A stretch of 64,000 bases of DNA from Longimicrobiales bacterium (GCA_965238005.1 OZ250165.1:1856001-1920000), one strand, 5' to 3'; positions 20,885-30,872 are shown, numbered from the stretch's first letter. The notes: generated by a model from the sequence alone, not told the origin. Numbers and translations: made by a program.

Positions 20885-20912
20885 ACTTTACATAATATAT
20901 ATTATACGCACT
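20885..20912 (-). other. dif: dif site (XerC/XerD chromosome dimer resolution site)
   Basis: Minus strand AGTGCGTATAA-TATATA-TTATGTAAAGT matches the 11-6-11 dif pattern (E. coli GGTGCGCATAA-TGTATA-TTATGTTAAAT); AT-rich spot between convergent genes. Confidence 0.88.
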
Positions 20913-21012
20913 TCGGTTTGGATCCCATCAACAGGGTTCGGATCCCATAAGAAGGCCGGATCCCGCAGCATTCCCGAGATCCAGCCCCTTCAACCCTGAC
21001 AGAGATCCTTCC

Positions 21013-21717
21013 TCAGCCCAATCCTTCCGCCACCTCTCGCATTTCGGCGAGGCGGAGCTCGTAGATGCCTCGGCCCGGGTCATCGGCCTCGAAGGTGGCC
21101 AGGATCCGCTCGTACAGCTCTGCCGCCCCTTCGATGTCCTCCTGCCGATGCCGCGTCCGCGCCGCGCTGTCCAGGGCGTCCCGGATCTGGAAGTCGAGCT
21201 GGGCGCGATCAGCGACATCGAGGTAGAGCGCCTCTGCATCGGACCACCGCCCCTGGTCCTCGTAGGCCCGGGCCAGCAGAGAGTTGCCCTGGATCCCCAA
21301 TGCGTCTCCGAGTCCCAGGTCGCCTCGCTCGAGCACGCTGATGCCGACGGCCGCGTCTCCGGCCTCGAGATGCAGCCGCCCGAGGAGAACGACGGCCTCA
21401 CGTGCTTGCTCGGTGCCCTCGAAACTCTCCAGGAAGGTGCTGAGCTGTGCCTTGGCGTCCTCGAAGGCCGAGATCGAGATCGTCTGGTGGATCGACTCCA
21501 GCTGGTTCACGGCCTGAGTGACCAGCGAACGCTGGAAGTTCACGTAATACACGCCACCGGCCACGAGCAGGGCTACGACAACCCCGCTGAGCACCAGGAG
21601 CTGACGATTCTCGCTAGCCCACTGCGAGAAGTCCATGACTCCGGCGACAAAGGTGTCATCTCGCTGCTCGGGAGTGTGCGGCGTACGCCGTGACGAGGGG
21701 TGGTGGCGCTTCGACAT
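21013..21717 (-). CDS. Membrane-anchored TPR protein (YfgM-like)
   Basis: Single N-terminal TM after W..ENR, followed by Ala/Leu-rich TPR-like helices. Confidence 0.75.
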   Translation of the reverse strand: MSKRHHPSSRRTPHTPEQRDDTFVAGVMDFSQWASENRQLLVLSGVVVALLVAGGVYYVNFQRSLVTQAVNQLESIHQTISISAFEDAKAQLSTFLESFEGTEQAREAVVLLGRLHLEAGDAAVGISVLERGDLGLGDALGIQGNSLLARAYEDQGRWSDAEALYLDVADRAQLDFQIRDALDSAARTRHRQEDIEGAAELYERILATFEADDPGRGIYELRLAEMREVAEGLG

Positions 21718-21739
21718 CGTGACTATTCGACCTCGTTGT

Positions 21740-21782
21740 AAATTCCGCTAAAGGACTGGAAAACCTAGCGTTAGCGGAATTT
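21740..21782. promoter_or_regulatory. 12-bp perfect inverted repeat (terminator or operator)
   Basis: AAATTCCGCTAA-N19-TTAGCGGAATTT between the Crp-family gene and the TPR gene. Confidence 0.5.
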
Positions 21783-21786
21783 GCGG

Positions 21787-22482
21787 TCAACGGGTCGAAC
21801 GCTTCCGTGGCCGTCGTCGCGAGGCCTCCGACCCGGCCTTTCGCAGGGCACCGGGCTTGGCGATGATCAGCGCCCGGGGCCGCTGTCGGAGCACTCCCTC
21901 GTAGATCCAATCGTTGAGGGCGGTCGTGACCGTGGACCGGTGGGCTCCCGCCAGGTCCGCGAGCTCCTGATGGGTGAACCAGTGCTCCAAGCGGATCCGC
22001 CGTCCGTCGTCGTCCCCGAGCCGGTCCGCGAGATCGAGCAGAACATCGGCGATTCGGGCCTTTGAGGACGAGCCCGAGGAGCCCGCGATTCGCCGCGCCA
22101 CCGCGAGATCACGGTCGTAGCTCGACAGGAATATCCCAAGGGTCTTGGGCGATCCCCGGAGAGCCTTGAACACGCCGACGCCACTGAGGGGGAGGACGAC
22201 GCAGGCCGATCCCGCCACAGCCGTGTAGCGGCGCGGGACGTCCGTCGTAACGGACTCTTCACCGAATACCTCACCAGAGCCCGCGACGGCGACCGTGCGC
22301 TCGGTCTCCGTCCCCGTACGTGGAAGCGTCAGACGGACATGACCCTCCTGGACGAGGAAAACCACTTCAGCCTCTTCACCACGTCCGAAGATGGTCTGTC
22401 CCTTCCGGTACTCGACGGGTGTGGCCACCTTGATCAGCCTGTTCAGCTTTCGATCCCGCCGCGGAATCACCTTTAGTGGCAT
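21787..22482 (-). CDS. Crp/Fnr family transcriptional regulator
   Basis: cNMP-binding domain (GEVFGEE) and HTH THQELADLAGAHRSTVT. Confidence 0.9.
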   Translation of the reverse strand: MPLKVIPRRDRKLNRLIKVATPVEYRKGQTIFGRGEEAEVVFLVQEGHVRLTLPRTGTETERTVAVAGSGEVFGEESVTTDVPRRYTAVAGSACVVLPLSGVGVFKALRGSPKTLGIFLSSYDRDLAVARRIAGSSGSSSKARIADVLLDLADRLGDDDGRRIRLEHWFTHQELADLAGAHRSTVTTALNDWIYEGVLRQRPRALIIAKPGALRKAGSEASRRRPRKRSTR

Positions 22483-22492
22483 GCTTTCCTTT

Positions 22493-23709
22493 CTACAGGT
22501 GTTGCGCCCACCGGTGAGCCCGGAGGACCGGATGGAAGGCCAACGCGGTCCCGGCGAGGAGCACCGGAATCGAGACCAGAGCCGCCGCGCGAGCCCCCAT
22601 GAGGTCCCCGAGGACGCCCGTCACAAGAACTCCCACCGATCCGGTGGCCCAGGCCAGCCCCATGACGATCCCCGAGCCGACTGCCGTACTCTCTCAGGAA
22701 CGATCTCCTGGGCCATCACAACGATGGGTGGCAGGAGTGCCATATTGAGGAATCCAGAGCACGCAGCAAAGAGGAGAGCCGAAAGTGATCCCGCCGGAAG
22801 CCAAATTGCCAGCATGTGGACCGGCACGGCAAGGGCCGTGATACCTGCCAGAAGTCGCGCTCGGTCAACCCGATCCGTCAGCATGCCACCGGTGATGGTC
22901 CCCGCTCCCTGTGCGCCGAGATAGATGCTCAGCGTCACGGCGCCCATGGCCTCGGAGACCCCCGCGTCGGCAGCGACGATGGGCGCCATGGTGATGAACA
23001 CGCGTTGTACGAAGGCTCCCAGTGCGCTGATGGCGAAGATCACGCCCAGAGGTCCCTTGAGGCCTCGTAGCACGTCCCTGGGGGAAGGTGGAGGAGCGGC
23101 ATCGGCGTGGGGTCGATCCGGCGGAAGCACACGGGAGAGAAGCACCGCGGCGGCGAGGGCCGGCAGCATCGCGATCCACAGTCCCCTCATTCCCATGATC
23201 GACACCAGACCGACCGCCACCAGGGGACCGACGGCGAACCCCATGGCGCCCCCGAATGAAAAGAGAGAAAGCCGCAGTCCACTCCCCTTCCCCTCCGATA
23301 CCCGGGCCGACATGGCTGCCGCCGGCGGGTGGAAGACCGCACTTCCCATGCCTCCGAGCGCGAGAAGAACCATCAGCAGGCCGAACGTCGGCGCGACGCC
23401 CATCAAGGATAGGAACACGCCGGAGATGAGTGGCCCGGCGATGATGAGCAGCTTGCGGCCATAGCGATCCGCCCAGTAGCCGACGAGGGGCTGGAGAAGC
23501 GAGGCGGCCAGGGACAGCGTCATGACGAGCGACGCAGCCATGGCGATGGAGAGCCCGAGGTTCTCCATGATCCTGGGAAGCAGCGGATGCAGGAAGGAGG
23601 CGTACGCGTCGTTCAGCGCGTGGGCGACGCCGACCGCCAAAGCCACACCTCCGGCCCCCCCTCCGAATGCTCGGATCCGGCGAGATTCTTCGACGCTGGT
23701 GACGTGCAT
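22493..23709 (-). pseudogene. MFS transporter (Fsr-like), frameshifted near the 3' end
   Basis: HALNDAY, G.WADRYGR, FHPPA; 2 extra nt in the GA run at 22689-22695; the last TM helices (STAVGSGIVMGLAWATG...) continue in another frame to TAG at 22493. Confidence 0.8.
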
Positions 23710-23885
23710 CCCGGGAGCTTACAGGTCGAGGCTGATGCGCGCTACCGGCCCTGAAAACGTCCACGCGCCCACTCCGGAAGCCTGGCTGAGTCCTCGGTGC
23801 CGTCCTATGCTGAAGTCATCGGTCGGGCCAGCCTTCGACGCTCCCGGACCGCTCGGGCGCCCCTCACCCCATGGCCGAGGAGATC

Positions 23886-24254
23886 ATGGATCGGACATTC
23901 GCCCTCATCGGATCGCTCCTGGCAATGGTGGCCGTGATCTTCGGAGCCTTCGGCGCGCATGCTCTGAGGGGGCGTCTGAGCCCGGAGGACCTGATCACGT
24001 TCGAGACCGGCGTTCGCTACCAGATGTACCACGCGCTGGCGCTCCTCGCCGTCGCCTGGGCCGCGTCACGGTGGCCGTCTGGAGCCACCACGGCCGCGGG
24101 GTGGCTCTTCGTCCTGGGCATCGTCGTCTTCTCCGGCAGCCTGTACGTCCTGGTTCTGACTGGACAGCGCTGGCTCGGTGCCGTCACGCCCCTGGGAGGG
24201 CTGGCCATGATCGGCGGCTGGGCGAGCCTCGCCTGGGCGATATTCCGTGGATGA
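23886..24254 (+). CDS. DUF423/YgdD family membrane protein
   Basis: GAFGAHAL, FETGVRYQMYH, FSGSLY, GAVTPLGG. Confidence 0.9.
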   Translation: MDRTFALIGSLLAMVAVIFGAFGAHALRGRLSPEDLITFETGVRYQMYHALALLAVAWAASRWPSGATTAAGWLFVLGIVVFSGSLYVLVLTGQRWLGAVTPLGGLAMIGGWASLAWAIFRG

Positions 24255-25063
24255 CTGAAGGGCTGATCAAGGCTGTGACTGATCCGGACCGGGCGATCGG
24301 CGAGGCCCGGCGCCTCCTCGAGTCGGCCGAGAGCACCCTCGTGCTCACGGGCGCCGGGGTAAGCGCCGAGTCGGGTGTCCCGACCTTCAGAGGACCCGAC
24401 GGACTGTGGAAGAGCCACCGGCCCGAGCAACTCGCGACCCCCCAGGCGTTCCGGGCAGATCCCCGCCTCGTCTGGGAGTGGTACGGATGGCGCCGGGAGC
24501 GGGTGGCTGCGTGCCGCCCCAACGCGGCCCACGAAGCCCTGGCCCGCCTTACGCTACGGGACCCACGCTCCAGAATCGTGACCCAGAACGTCGACGGCCT
24601 GCACGAGCTGGCTCTCGAGGAGGTGGGGGCTCGGGACGGCGCAGATCCCACGTCACGAGGGGCGCTCCCGCTGGAGCTCCATGGCTCCCTCTTCCGGGTT
24701 CGCTGCGTAGCATGTCGGTTCCGCGTTGGACATCGGGGCCCGGTTGACGCCACCAGCGAGGATTCCCTTCCCCGCTGCCCCGAATGCGACAGCCTGCTCC
24801 GGCCGGACGTCGTCTGGTTCGGCGAGTCCCTGGAGCCGATGACGCTGGACGCCGCCGTCACCGCTGCCGAGTCCGCCGAGGTCTGCCTGGTGGTGGGCAC
24901 GAGCGCCGTGGTCCACCCGGCCGCCTCGCTTCCCCTTCTCACCCGTCGGGCCGGGGGTGTCGTCGTGGAGGTCAATCCGGCGCCCACGCCTCTGTCTGGA
25001 GTGGCCCGGATGAGCTTCCGGGCACCGGCCGCCGACATCGTCCCCCGACTTCTCGCCCCCTGA
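24251..25063 (+). CDS. cobB: NAD-dependent protein deacylase (sirtuin)
   Basis: TGAGVSAESGVPTFRG, TQNVDGLH, ELHG, two CxxC, RPDVVWFGE, GTS..V.PAA. Confidence 0.92.
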   Translation: MTEGLIKAVTDPDRAIGEARRLLESAESTLVLTGAGVSAESGVPTFRGPDGLWKSHRPEQLATPQAFRADPRLVWEWYGWRRERVAACRPNAAHEALARLTLRDPRSRIVTQNVDGLHELALEEVGARDGADPTSRGALPLELHGSLFRVRCVACRFRVGHRGPVDATSEDSLPRCPECDSLLRPDVVWFGESLEPMTLDAAVTAAESAEVCLVVGTSAVVHPAASLPLLTRRAGGVVVEVNPAPTPLSGVARMSFRAPAADIVPRLLAP

Positions 25064-25290
25064 TCCGGATCGGCGAATCAAGCCGATCGGTGAGACGCCT
25101 TGACGCGGCTGGGAGCCTGTGGCGTACGTATAGGACGAACCGATCCGGGAACTGGGACACTTTATCCGGGTCTTTCTATTCGGTACGCAAGCTGGTCTCT
25201 CCAGGACGTGCGGCGTTCAGTTTATCATGTGCCGTGGGTCGAGCCTGTGACTCCCGGAATGGCACGGAAACCGCCGGAGGCTCACAGGCC

Positions 25291-27095
25291 ATGCGTAAGC
25301 CAGATGTTCCTCTCCTCGTTCTCTCCCTGGCACTTGTCACGGCCTGTAGCGCCGGAGATGGTGGTGTGGCGGATGACCCAACCGGCCCCCCCCCCTCCCC
25401 CTCCCCCTCCCCCGCCGCAGCTTCTGTGCCCCGCGGGTGGTGAGCTCAGCCTGGCGGTGGGAGAACAGGTGATCGTCAGGGACCAGTCCACGTACTGCTT
25501 CAACTTCGCCCCGACCGGCTCGGTCACCGAGTACCTCCTCGGCGTGCAGTCGGTCGGCGAGGGTGGAGTCGTGGTGAGGAACATCACGGTCAGGGGCGAG
25601 CGGGTCATGGCGGCGGCCCTACAGGCCGCGGCCCAGGCCGCCCCTCCAGCCCGGTCCGACCCCGGCGGAGCACTCCAACTGTCGCCGGAGCTCCTCAGGC
25701 ATCCCGGATTCCAGCTCCTGCGGGAACATCGGGAAGCCCACGGCGCCATGTTTGCACGCATGCTCCAGCCGGTGCGGGACCCATTCGTGCGCCAGGGTAT
25801 TCGCTCCGTTGCGCAACGGGGTCCGGCACGCGCCATCGTCACGGGAGCCGAAGAGGTGGGTGACCAAGTGGAGTTGCGGGTACTTAAGGGGGGGGCCAGC
25901 GACTGCACGCAGAGCTCTAGCATAACGGTGTTGGCCGAGCTGAGGGTCAAGAACGAGAAGTCCATGTGGTTCGTGGACGTCGAGAATCCGGCCGGGGGGT
26001 TCACGGACGCGCAGCTCCAGGAGATGGCCGACCTCTTCGACAACAACATCTACGCCACCGAGACCGCCCACTTCGGTGTGGTCAGCGACAGGGACAATAA
26101 CGGACGGATCGGCGTCGTCGTGACCAAGGAGATCAACGTCGACAACGATGACGGGCCTCAGGTCGTCGGCTTCGCGAACCCCTGCGACTTCTTCACCAGA
26201 GAGGAGACCGGTGCGCAGAACGACCTCCACACGAGCAACGAGGGCGAGTTCGTCTACGCCATTGCGCCCGATCCGGACGCAATCGTGGGGCGGGCGTGGG
26301 ATACGGACCTCATGTTCGATTTCCTCCCGGTGGTCATCGCCCACGAGTTCGCCCACATCATCCAGTTCAGCTCCCGCTTCCCCCCAGAGCTAGAATCGTT
26401 TGAGTTCATGGCCCTGTTCATGGCGGAGGGTATGGCGACCCTCGGCGAGGAGATCGTGGGTCACTCCATCATCGGAAACGCTCCCGGCCAGAATCTCGAC
26501 GTGGCAGTGGCTCTCGACCTCGACGACACCCAGATCTTTCCCTGGTACTCAAACCCGTGGCTCGACCTGGTCTTCTACTTCGGCTGGCCCGGTGGAGAAG
26601 TCGACGACGACACGCCACGAGTCGAGGGAGCGCCCCAGGAGTGCACCTGGACCGACGAAGGCGAGGACGATCCGTGCGGGAGTCGACCGCTGTGGTACGG
26701 CGTGACGTGGTCGTTCCTCCGCTGGGCCGCGGACCAGTTCGGCGAGGAGCTCGGGGGTGAGCCGGCACTGTACCAGACTCTCATCAACAACAACGTGGCG
26801 GGATTCGACAACCTGCGGGAGATCCTGGGCCAGTTTGGTCCCCTGGAGCACCTCCTGGCCCAGTGGGCCGCCGCGTTCTACATGGACGATCGTCCGGGAC
26901 AGTCCGACCCGAGGCATGTGGTGGCGAGCTGGGACTACTATAGCGTGCTTCATAGGGCTCCGAGGCGCCTGAGGCCCCAGGCCTGGCTCGAGCCCGTTAG
27001 GAAGTCCTACGGCGACTTCACGGAGGAGATAAAGGTCCGGGATCCGTCCACCGCGTACTTCCTGGTGGGGGGATCGGTCGCTCCCCAGTACTCCC
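25291..27095 (+). pseudogene. Lipoprotein zinc metallopeptidase (HExxH), frameshifted at a C10 tract and 3'-truncated by IS481
   Basis: MRKPDVPLLVLSLALVTAC lipobox in frame 1; the body with IAHEFAH...EG is in frame 2 after C10 at 25386-25395. Confidence 0.75.
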
Positions 27096-28047
27096 TGTTA
27101 GTCGAAAGGAGGGTACAGCCTACCCTGATCCTTTACACAATGGCCTACACTGATGGTTGACAGGTTCCTATCAACCAGGGTTCTGCAACTAGGAGAGCCC
27201 GATGCACTGGAACCGGTCGACCATGTACGAGCAAAGAGTACGCTTCATCCTCGAAGTGCAGCAACGGACATTCAGTTTCTGCGAGTCCTGTAGGCGTTAC
27301 GGCATCAGCAGGACCGCGGGATACACGTGGTGGAAACGGTTTCTCGTGGGAGGATTTGAAGGGCTCCACGACCGATCGCACCGACCCCATCACTGCCCGC
27401 ACGCTATAGCGGATCCGATCGTCGAACACATCGTGGATCTGCGTCAGCGCTACGGATGGGGATCACGCAAGATCCGCAAACTCACAGCCGAGAGGTTCGG
27501 CCGGGCCCCAGCTCGCAGGACGATCGACCGCATTTTCGAGCGTCACGACCTGATCACGAAGAAGCGCAGACGCTCCGGCAAACCGGGCCATCCCGGCAAG
27601 CCGCTCACTCCCATGGATGAGCCCAATGCGGTCTGGACCGTCGACTTCAAGGGCCAGTTCAAGATGCGCAACGGCCGCTACTGCTATCCCCTCACCATCC
27701 AGGACGGCTGCAGCCGATTCCTGCTCGAGTGCAGAGGGCTGTACTCCACGTCGATCGAGCTCGCAAAGCCTGTCTTCATCAGGACTTTCCGCGAGTTCGG
27801 CCTTCCCGCCGTCATCCGCTCCGACAACGGTACGCCCTTCGCTTCCATCGGCCTCGCTCGGCTCACACGTCTCAGCGCTTGGTGGATCCGTCTCGGCATC
27901 CGGCCTGAGACCATCGAGCCTGGAAAGCCGCAGCAGAACGGCCGACACGAGCGTATGCACCGAACCCTCAAGCGCGAAGCTACTCGCCCGCCGAAGGCCA
28001 ACCTCAGCGCGCAGCAGCGCCACTTCAACGACTTCCTCCACATCTTC
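27096..28047 (+). mobile_element. IS481-family element, left part (interrupted by IS3)
   Basis: Begins TGTTAGTCG at 27096 (end inferred from the TGT terminus); transposase follows; right end absent. Confidence 0.75.
27202..28047 (+). pseudogene. IS481-family transposase, 3' truncated
   Basis: HTH (CRRYGISRTAGYTW), WTVDFKG, RSDNGTPF, PGKPQQNGRHERMHRTLK. Confidence 0.9.
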
Positions 28048-28171
28048 TGGAGCTGTCCCGTTTCAGTGGACGGGTGAACACTGAGGTTTATAGTCTGTCC
28101 CCCTCGCTGGGGAGAGGAAAGCTTCCCCCGCGCAGCGGGGGAGTAAAGGGCAACTTGGCCACGCAGGTTTC

Positions 28172-29023
28172 TCATGCTGCCGCTCCGTGGCGACGCTCGA
28201 AGTTGATGGGCGACAGCTGACCCAGTGCCGAGTGTCGCCTCCGGGGGTTGTAGAAGCCCTCGATGAAGTCGAACACGGCCATCTTCGCCTCGGCCTGGGT
28301 CCGGAAGCGCTGCCGGTCGAGTAGCTCGCACTCGAGCGTCGCGAAGAAGCTCTCGCACATCGCGTTGTCGTAGGCGTCGCCCACGGAGCCCATCGAGGGC
28401 CGCACACCGACATCGTTGCAGCGTAGGCCGAAGGCGATCGAGGTGTACTGGGTTCCCTGATCACTGTGATGGATGACGCATTCGGGCCGGCGCTGCCAGG
28501 TCGCCATGTTCAGCGCGTCCAGGACGAGCTCGGTGCGCAGGTGCGTAGCCATCGACCACCCGACCACCCGCCTGCTCCAGACGTCGAGCACAACCGCGAG
28601 GTACAAGAACCCCGCCCAGGTCGGGATGTAGGTGATGTCGGCCACCCACAACTGGTCTGGCCCGTCTGCGCTGAAGTCCCGCTCGATGAGATCCGGCGCG
28701 GGACGGGCGTCCTCGTTGCGCCTGGTCGTCTTCGGGCCGCGCCGCCTCCGGCTAGCTCCCACAATCTCGGCCTGCTTCATGAGCCGGCCCACCCGCTTCT
28801 CACCGACCCGCTCGCCAGCTTCCTTGAGGTCCGCGTAGATGCGGGGCCGGCCATAGACCCTTCGGTTCTCGCGCCAGACCGTCTCGATCCGCTCTGTGAG
28901 CTCCTCATCTCGCTTCGCCCGAGCCGAAGGCTCGCGATCCAACCAGGCGTAGTAGCCGCTGGGGGAGAGATCCAGCACACGGCACATCGCCCGCACAGGG
29001 AAGTCGGCCTGATTCGTCTTCAT
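28172..29023 (-). CDS. IS3 transposase OrfB (DDE integrase core)
   Basis: WVADITY, HHSDQGTQY, DNAMCESFF. Confidence 0.95.
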   Translation of the reverse strand: MKTNQADFPVRAMCRVLDLSPSGYYAWLDREPSARAKRDEELTERIETVWRENRRVYGRPRIYADLKEAGERVGEKRVGRLMKQAEIVGASRRRRGPKTTRRNEDARPAPDLIERDFSADGPDQLWVADITYIPTWAGFLYLAVVLDVWSRRVVGWSMATHLRTELVLDALNMATWQRRPECVIHHSDQGTQYTSIAFGLRCNDVGVRPSMGSVGDAYDNAMCESFFATLECELLDRQRFRTQAEAKMAVFDFIEGFYNPRRRHSALGQLSPINFERRHGAAA

Positions 29024-29334
29024 GAACTCGAACCCCGTTCCGGGATCGAGTTGCTCTCCCGAGCAAACCAGGCGGCGGCTTTTTTTAGAATCTCCTGCTC
29101 CATGCGCAGACGCTTGTTGTCACGCCGAAGCTGCCTGAGTTCCCCACGCTCCTCCGTCGTCAGCCCGTCACTGCGACGGCCTTCATCCAAGTCAGCTTGT
29201 TTGACCCAGTTCCGTATCGCCCCGTTTGAGGGCTCGAACTCCCGGGCCAGCTCCTCCACGGAGCGGCCCGACCTGACCAACTCGACCATCTGCCGCCGAA
29301 ACTCCGGCGGGTACGGCGCATGTGTTCTTGGCAT
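29020..29334 (-). CDS. IS3 transposase OrfA, with -1 frameshift motif A7G at 29079-29086
   Basis: YPPEFRRQMV HTH, EILKKAAAWFA; AAAAAAAG slippery site on the minus strand. Confidence 0.95.
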   Translation of the reverse strand: MPRTHAPYPPEFRRQMVELVRSGRSVEELAREFEPSNGAIRNWVKQADLDEGRRSDGLTTEERGELRQLRRDNKRLRMEQEILKKAAAWFARESNSIPERGSSS

Positions 29335-29392
29335 CGTGGACTCCTCCTGTCTCCCTCACTACTGAGGTGTCCACCAAAGCGGGTCAACTCCA

Positions 29393-30782
29393 AGTGCTGG
29401 GTGCCGCCCCTCTCTTGGCCCTCGTGGGCGGGGCGTTGTTCGCGGTCCACCCCGTGCACTCCGAAGCCATCGCAAACGGGGTGGGACGAGGCGACGCCCT
29501 CATGACGCTCTTCATCCTCCTAGGGGTCCTGGCATACCTCCGGCCCTGGCGAGCGGAGTGGATGCGTGTGGCTCTGGTGGCGGCCGCGTATGCACTCGCT
29601 TTAGGCTCCAAGGAGAACGGCGTGGTCCTGCCTGTGCTTCTCATCGCCGTCACGTTCCTCGCGCTGGGGTCGGCGGTGGGAGCTTCACCCACGCCGGACT
29701 CGGCGGTGGGAGCTTCACCCACGCCGGACTCGGCGGTGGGGGCTTCACCCGCCTCGAATTCGGGATCGGTCGGGTCCACCGACTCGCCGCCCCACCGTCC
29801 CCTGCTCTTCCAGTGGCCCCTCTTCCTGGCTCTGGCCACCGTCCTCGCGGGGTACCTCGCGGTTCGCCACCAGGTACTCGGCACGCTCATCCACCGGGAC
29901 GCCGCCCCCTACATCGTCATTCTTCCGGCGTCGCTACGGATGACGACGGCGGTGGCTAACGTGATCGAGCTGGCCCGGCTGCTCCTCGTGCCCAACGACC
30001 TCGCCGCCGACTACGGACCCGACGTGATCGTGCCGGCAGCCATATCTTCGATGCGGTTCTGGGGCGGCCTGGCTGTGGTGGTTGGGTTGGTCGCCCTGGG
30101 GGCGCTGAGCCTCCGCCGCGGGAAGTGGATCGCCCTGGGGGTCGCATGGACCGTATTGGCCATCGCCGTGGTCGGGAACCTGGTCTTTCCGGTGGGCGTC
30201 TGGGTGGCCGAGCGCACACTCTATCTCCCCTCCGTCGGCGTGTCCTTCCTCGCTATCGGCGCCTGGCATCGGTTGGGACTCGGAGCGCCCAAACGCGTCC
30301 AGTCCACGTTCCTCACGGGTATGGCCGTGTTGGTTCTGCTCGGCGGAGCACGGACCTGGACCAGAAACGCGGCGTGGGCCAGCACCGAGGCCGTCTTTCT
30401 GACCCTCGCCGAGGAGCATCCCGAGTCGTACCGGGCCCAGTGGTGGATGGGTCAGACGCTGGTAGACGCCGGACAATTCGACCGAGGTCTCGAGTGGCTG
30501 CGTCAGGCCGGCGATCTGAACCCCAACGAGCTCAGGGTCCAGCTCGACTACGTCCGAGGGCTTCTCCTGGCGGGACGCTCGGAGCAGGCCCTATCGGTCG
30601 TGTCCGATCTTCCGCCCTTCGATCCGGCCCGCGACGTGTACCTGACTCAGAGCCACATCCAGCTGAACCAGCTCGACGAGGCGCAGGCCGCCGTTCGCGC
30701 GGGGTTGTCCCGTTTCCCGGCGGACTCGAGGCTGAGGCGTCAGGCCCAGGAGCTCGGAGTGGAGCCGGACGGAGATCCATAG
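29393..30782 (+). pseudogene. TMTC/DUF1736-like membrane protein with C-terminal TPRs, 5' truncated at IS3
   Basis: LFAVHPVHSEAIA..VGRGD, ALGSKE, LAADY, AERTLYLPSVG, RN..W motifs; no native start. Confidence 0.8.
29670..29750 (+). repeat. 30-bp in-frame tandem repeat x2.7 (SAVGASPTPD)
   Basis: TCGGCGGTGGGAGCTTCACCCACGCCGGAC repeated. Confidence 0.92.
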
Positions 30783-30790
30783 GGCTACGT

Positions 30791-30872
30791 TCACTCGATG
30801 CGCAGCGCCTCCATGGGGATCCGTCCGGACGGCGCGCCGTGCAGGCACGTAGCCCGACAGGAGGGCCACCAC
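30791..30872 (-). pseudogene. C-terminal remnant of a MacB/FtsX-type ABC permease
   Basis: VALLSGYVPARRAVRTDP(+1 nt)MEALRIE* matches the typical PARRA..DP..ALR.E terminus. Confidence 0.7.

Larger units (their letters stand above)
28048..29392 (-). mobile_element. IS3-family element, copy 1 (1345 bp), no target duplication
   Basis: Ends TGGAGCTGTCCCGTTTCAGTGGAC / GTCCACCAAAGCGGGTCAACTCCA; appears identical to 55919-57263. Confidence 0.95.

Noticed and set aside
20760..21010. oriC (AT-rich core plus GATC cluster)
   Set aside because: No DnaA boxes seen, no dnaA/dnaN/gidA context, genes converge rather than diverge, and the AT-rich core fits dif
23522..25063. 513-aa extended sirtuin ORF
   Set aside because: The N-terminal extension overlaps the MFS and DUF423 genes; the real start is ATG 24251 at the DUF423 stop
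25260..25274. Sigma-54 promoter TGGCACGGAAACCGC before the lipoprotein peptidase
   Set aside because: Weak -12 box, and the implied start site would fall downstream of the GGAGG RBS
29670..29750. CRISPR array (also considered 42480-42559)
   Set aside because: Head-to-tail in-frame coding repeats without unique spacers; no cas genes
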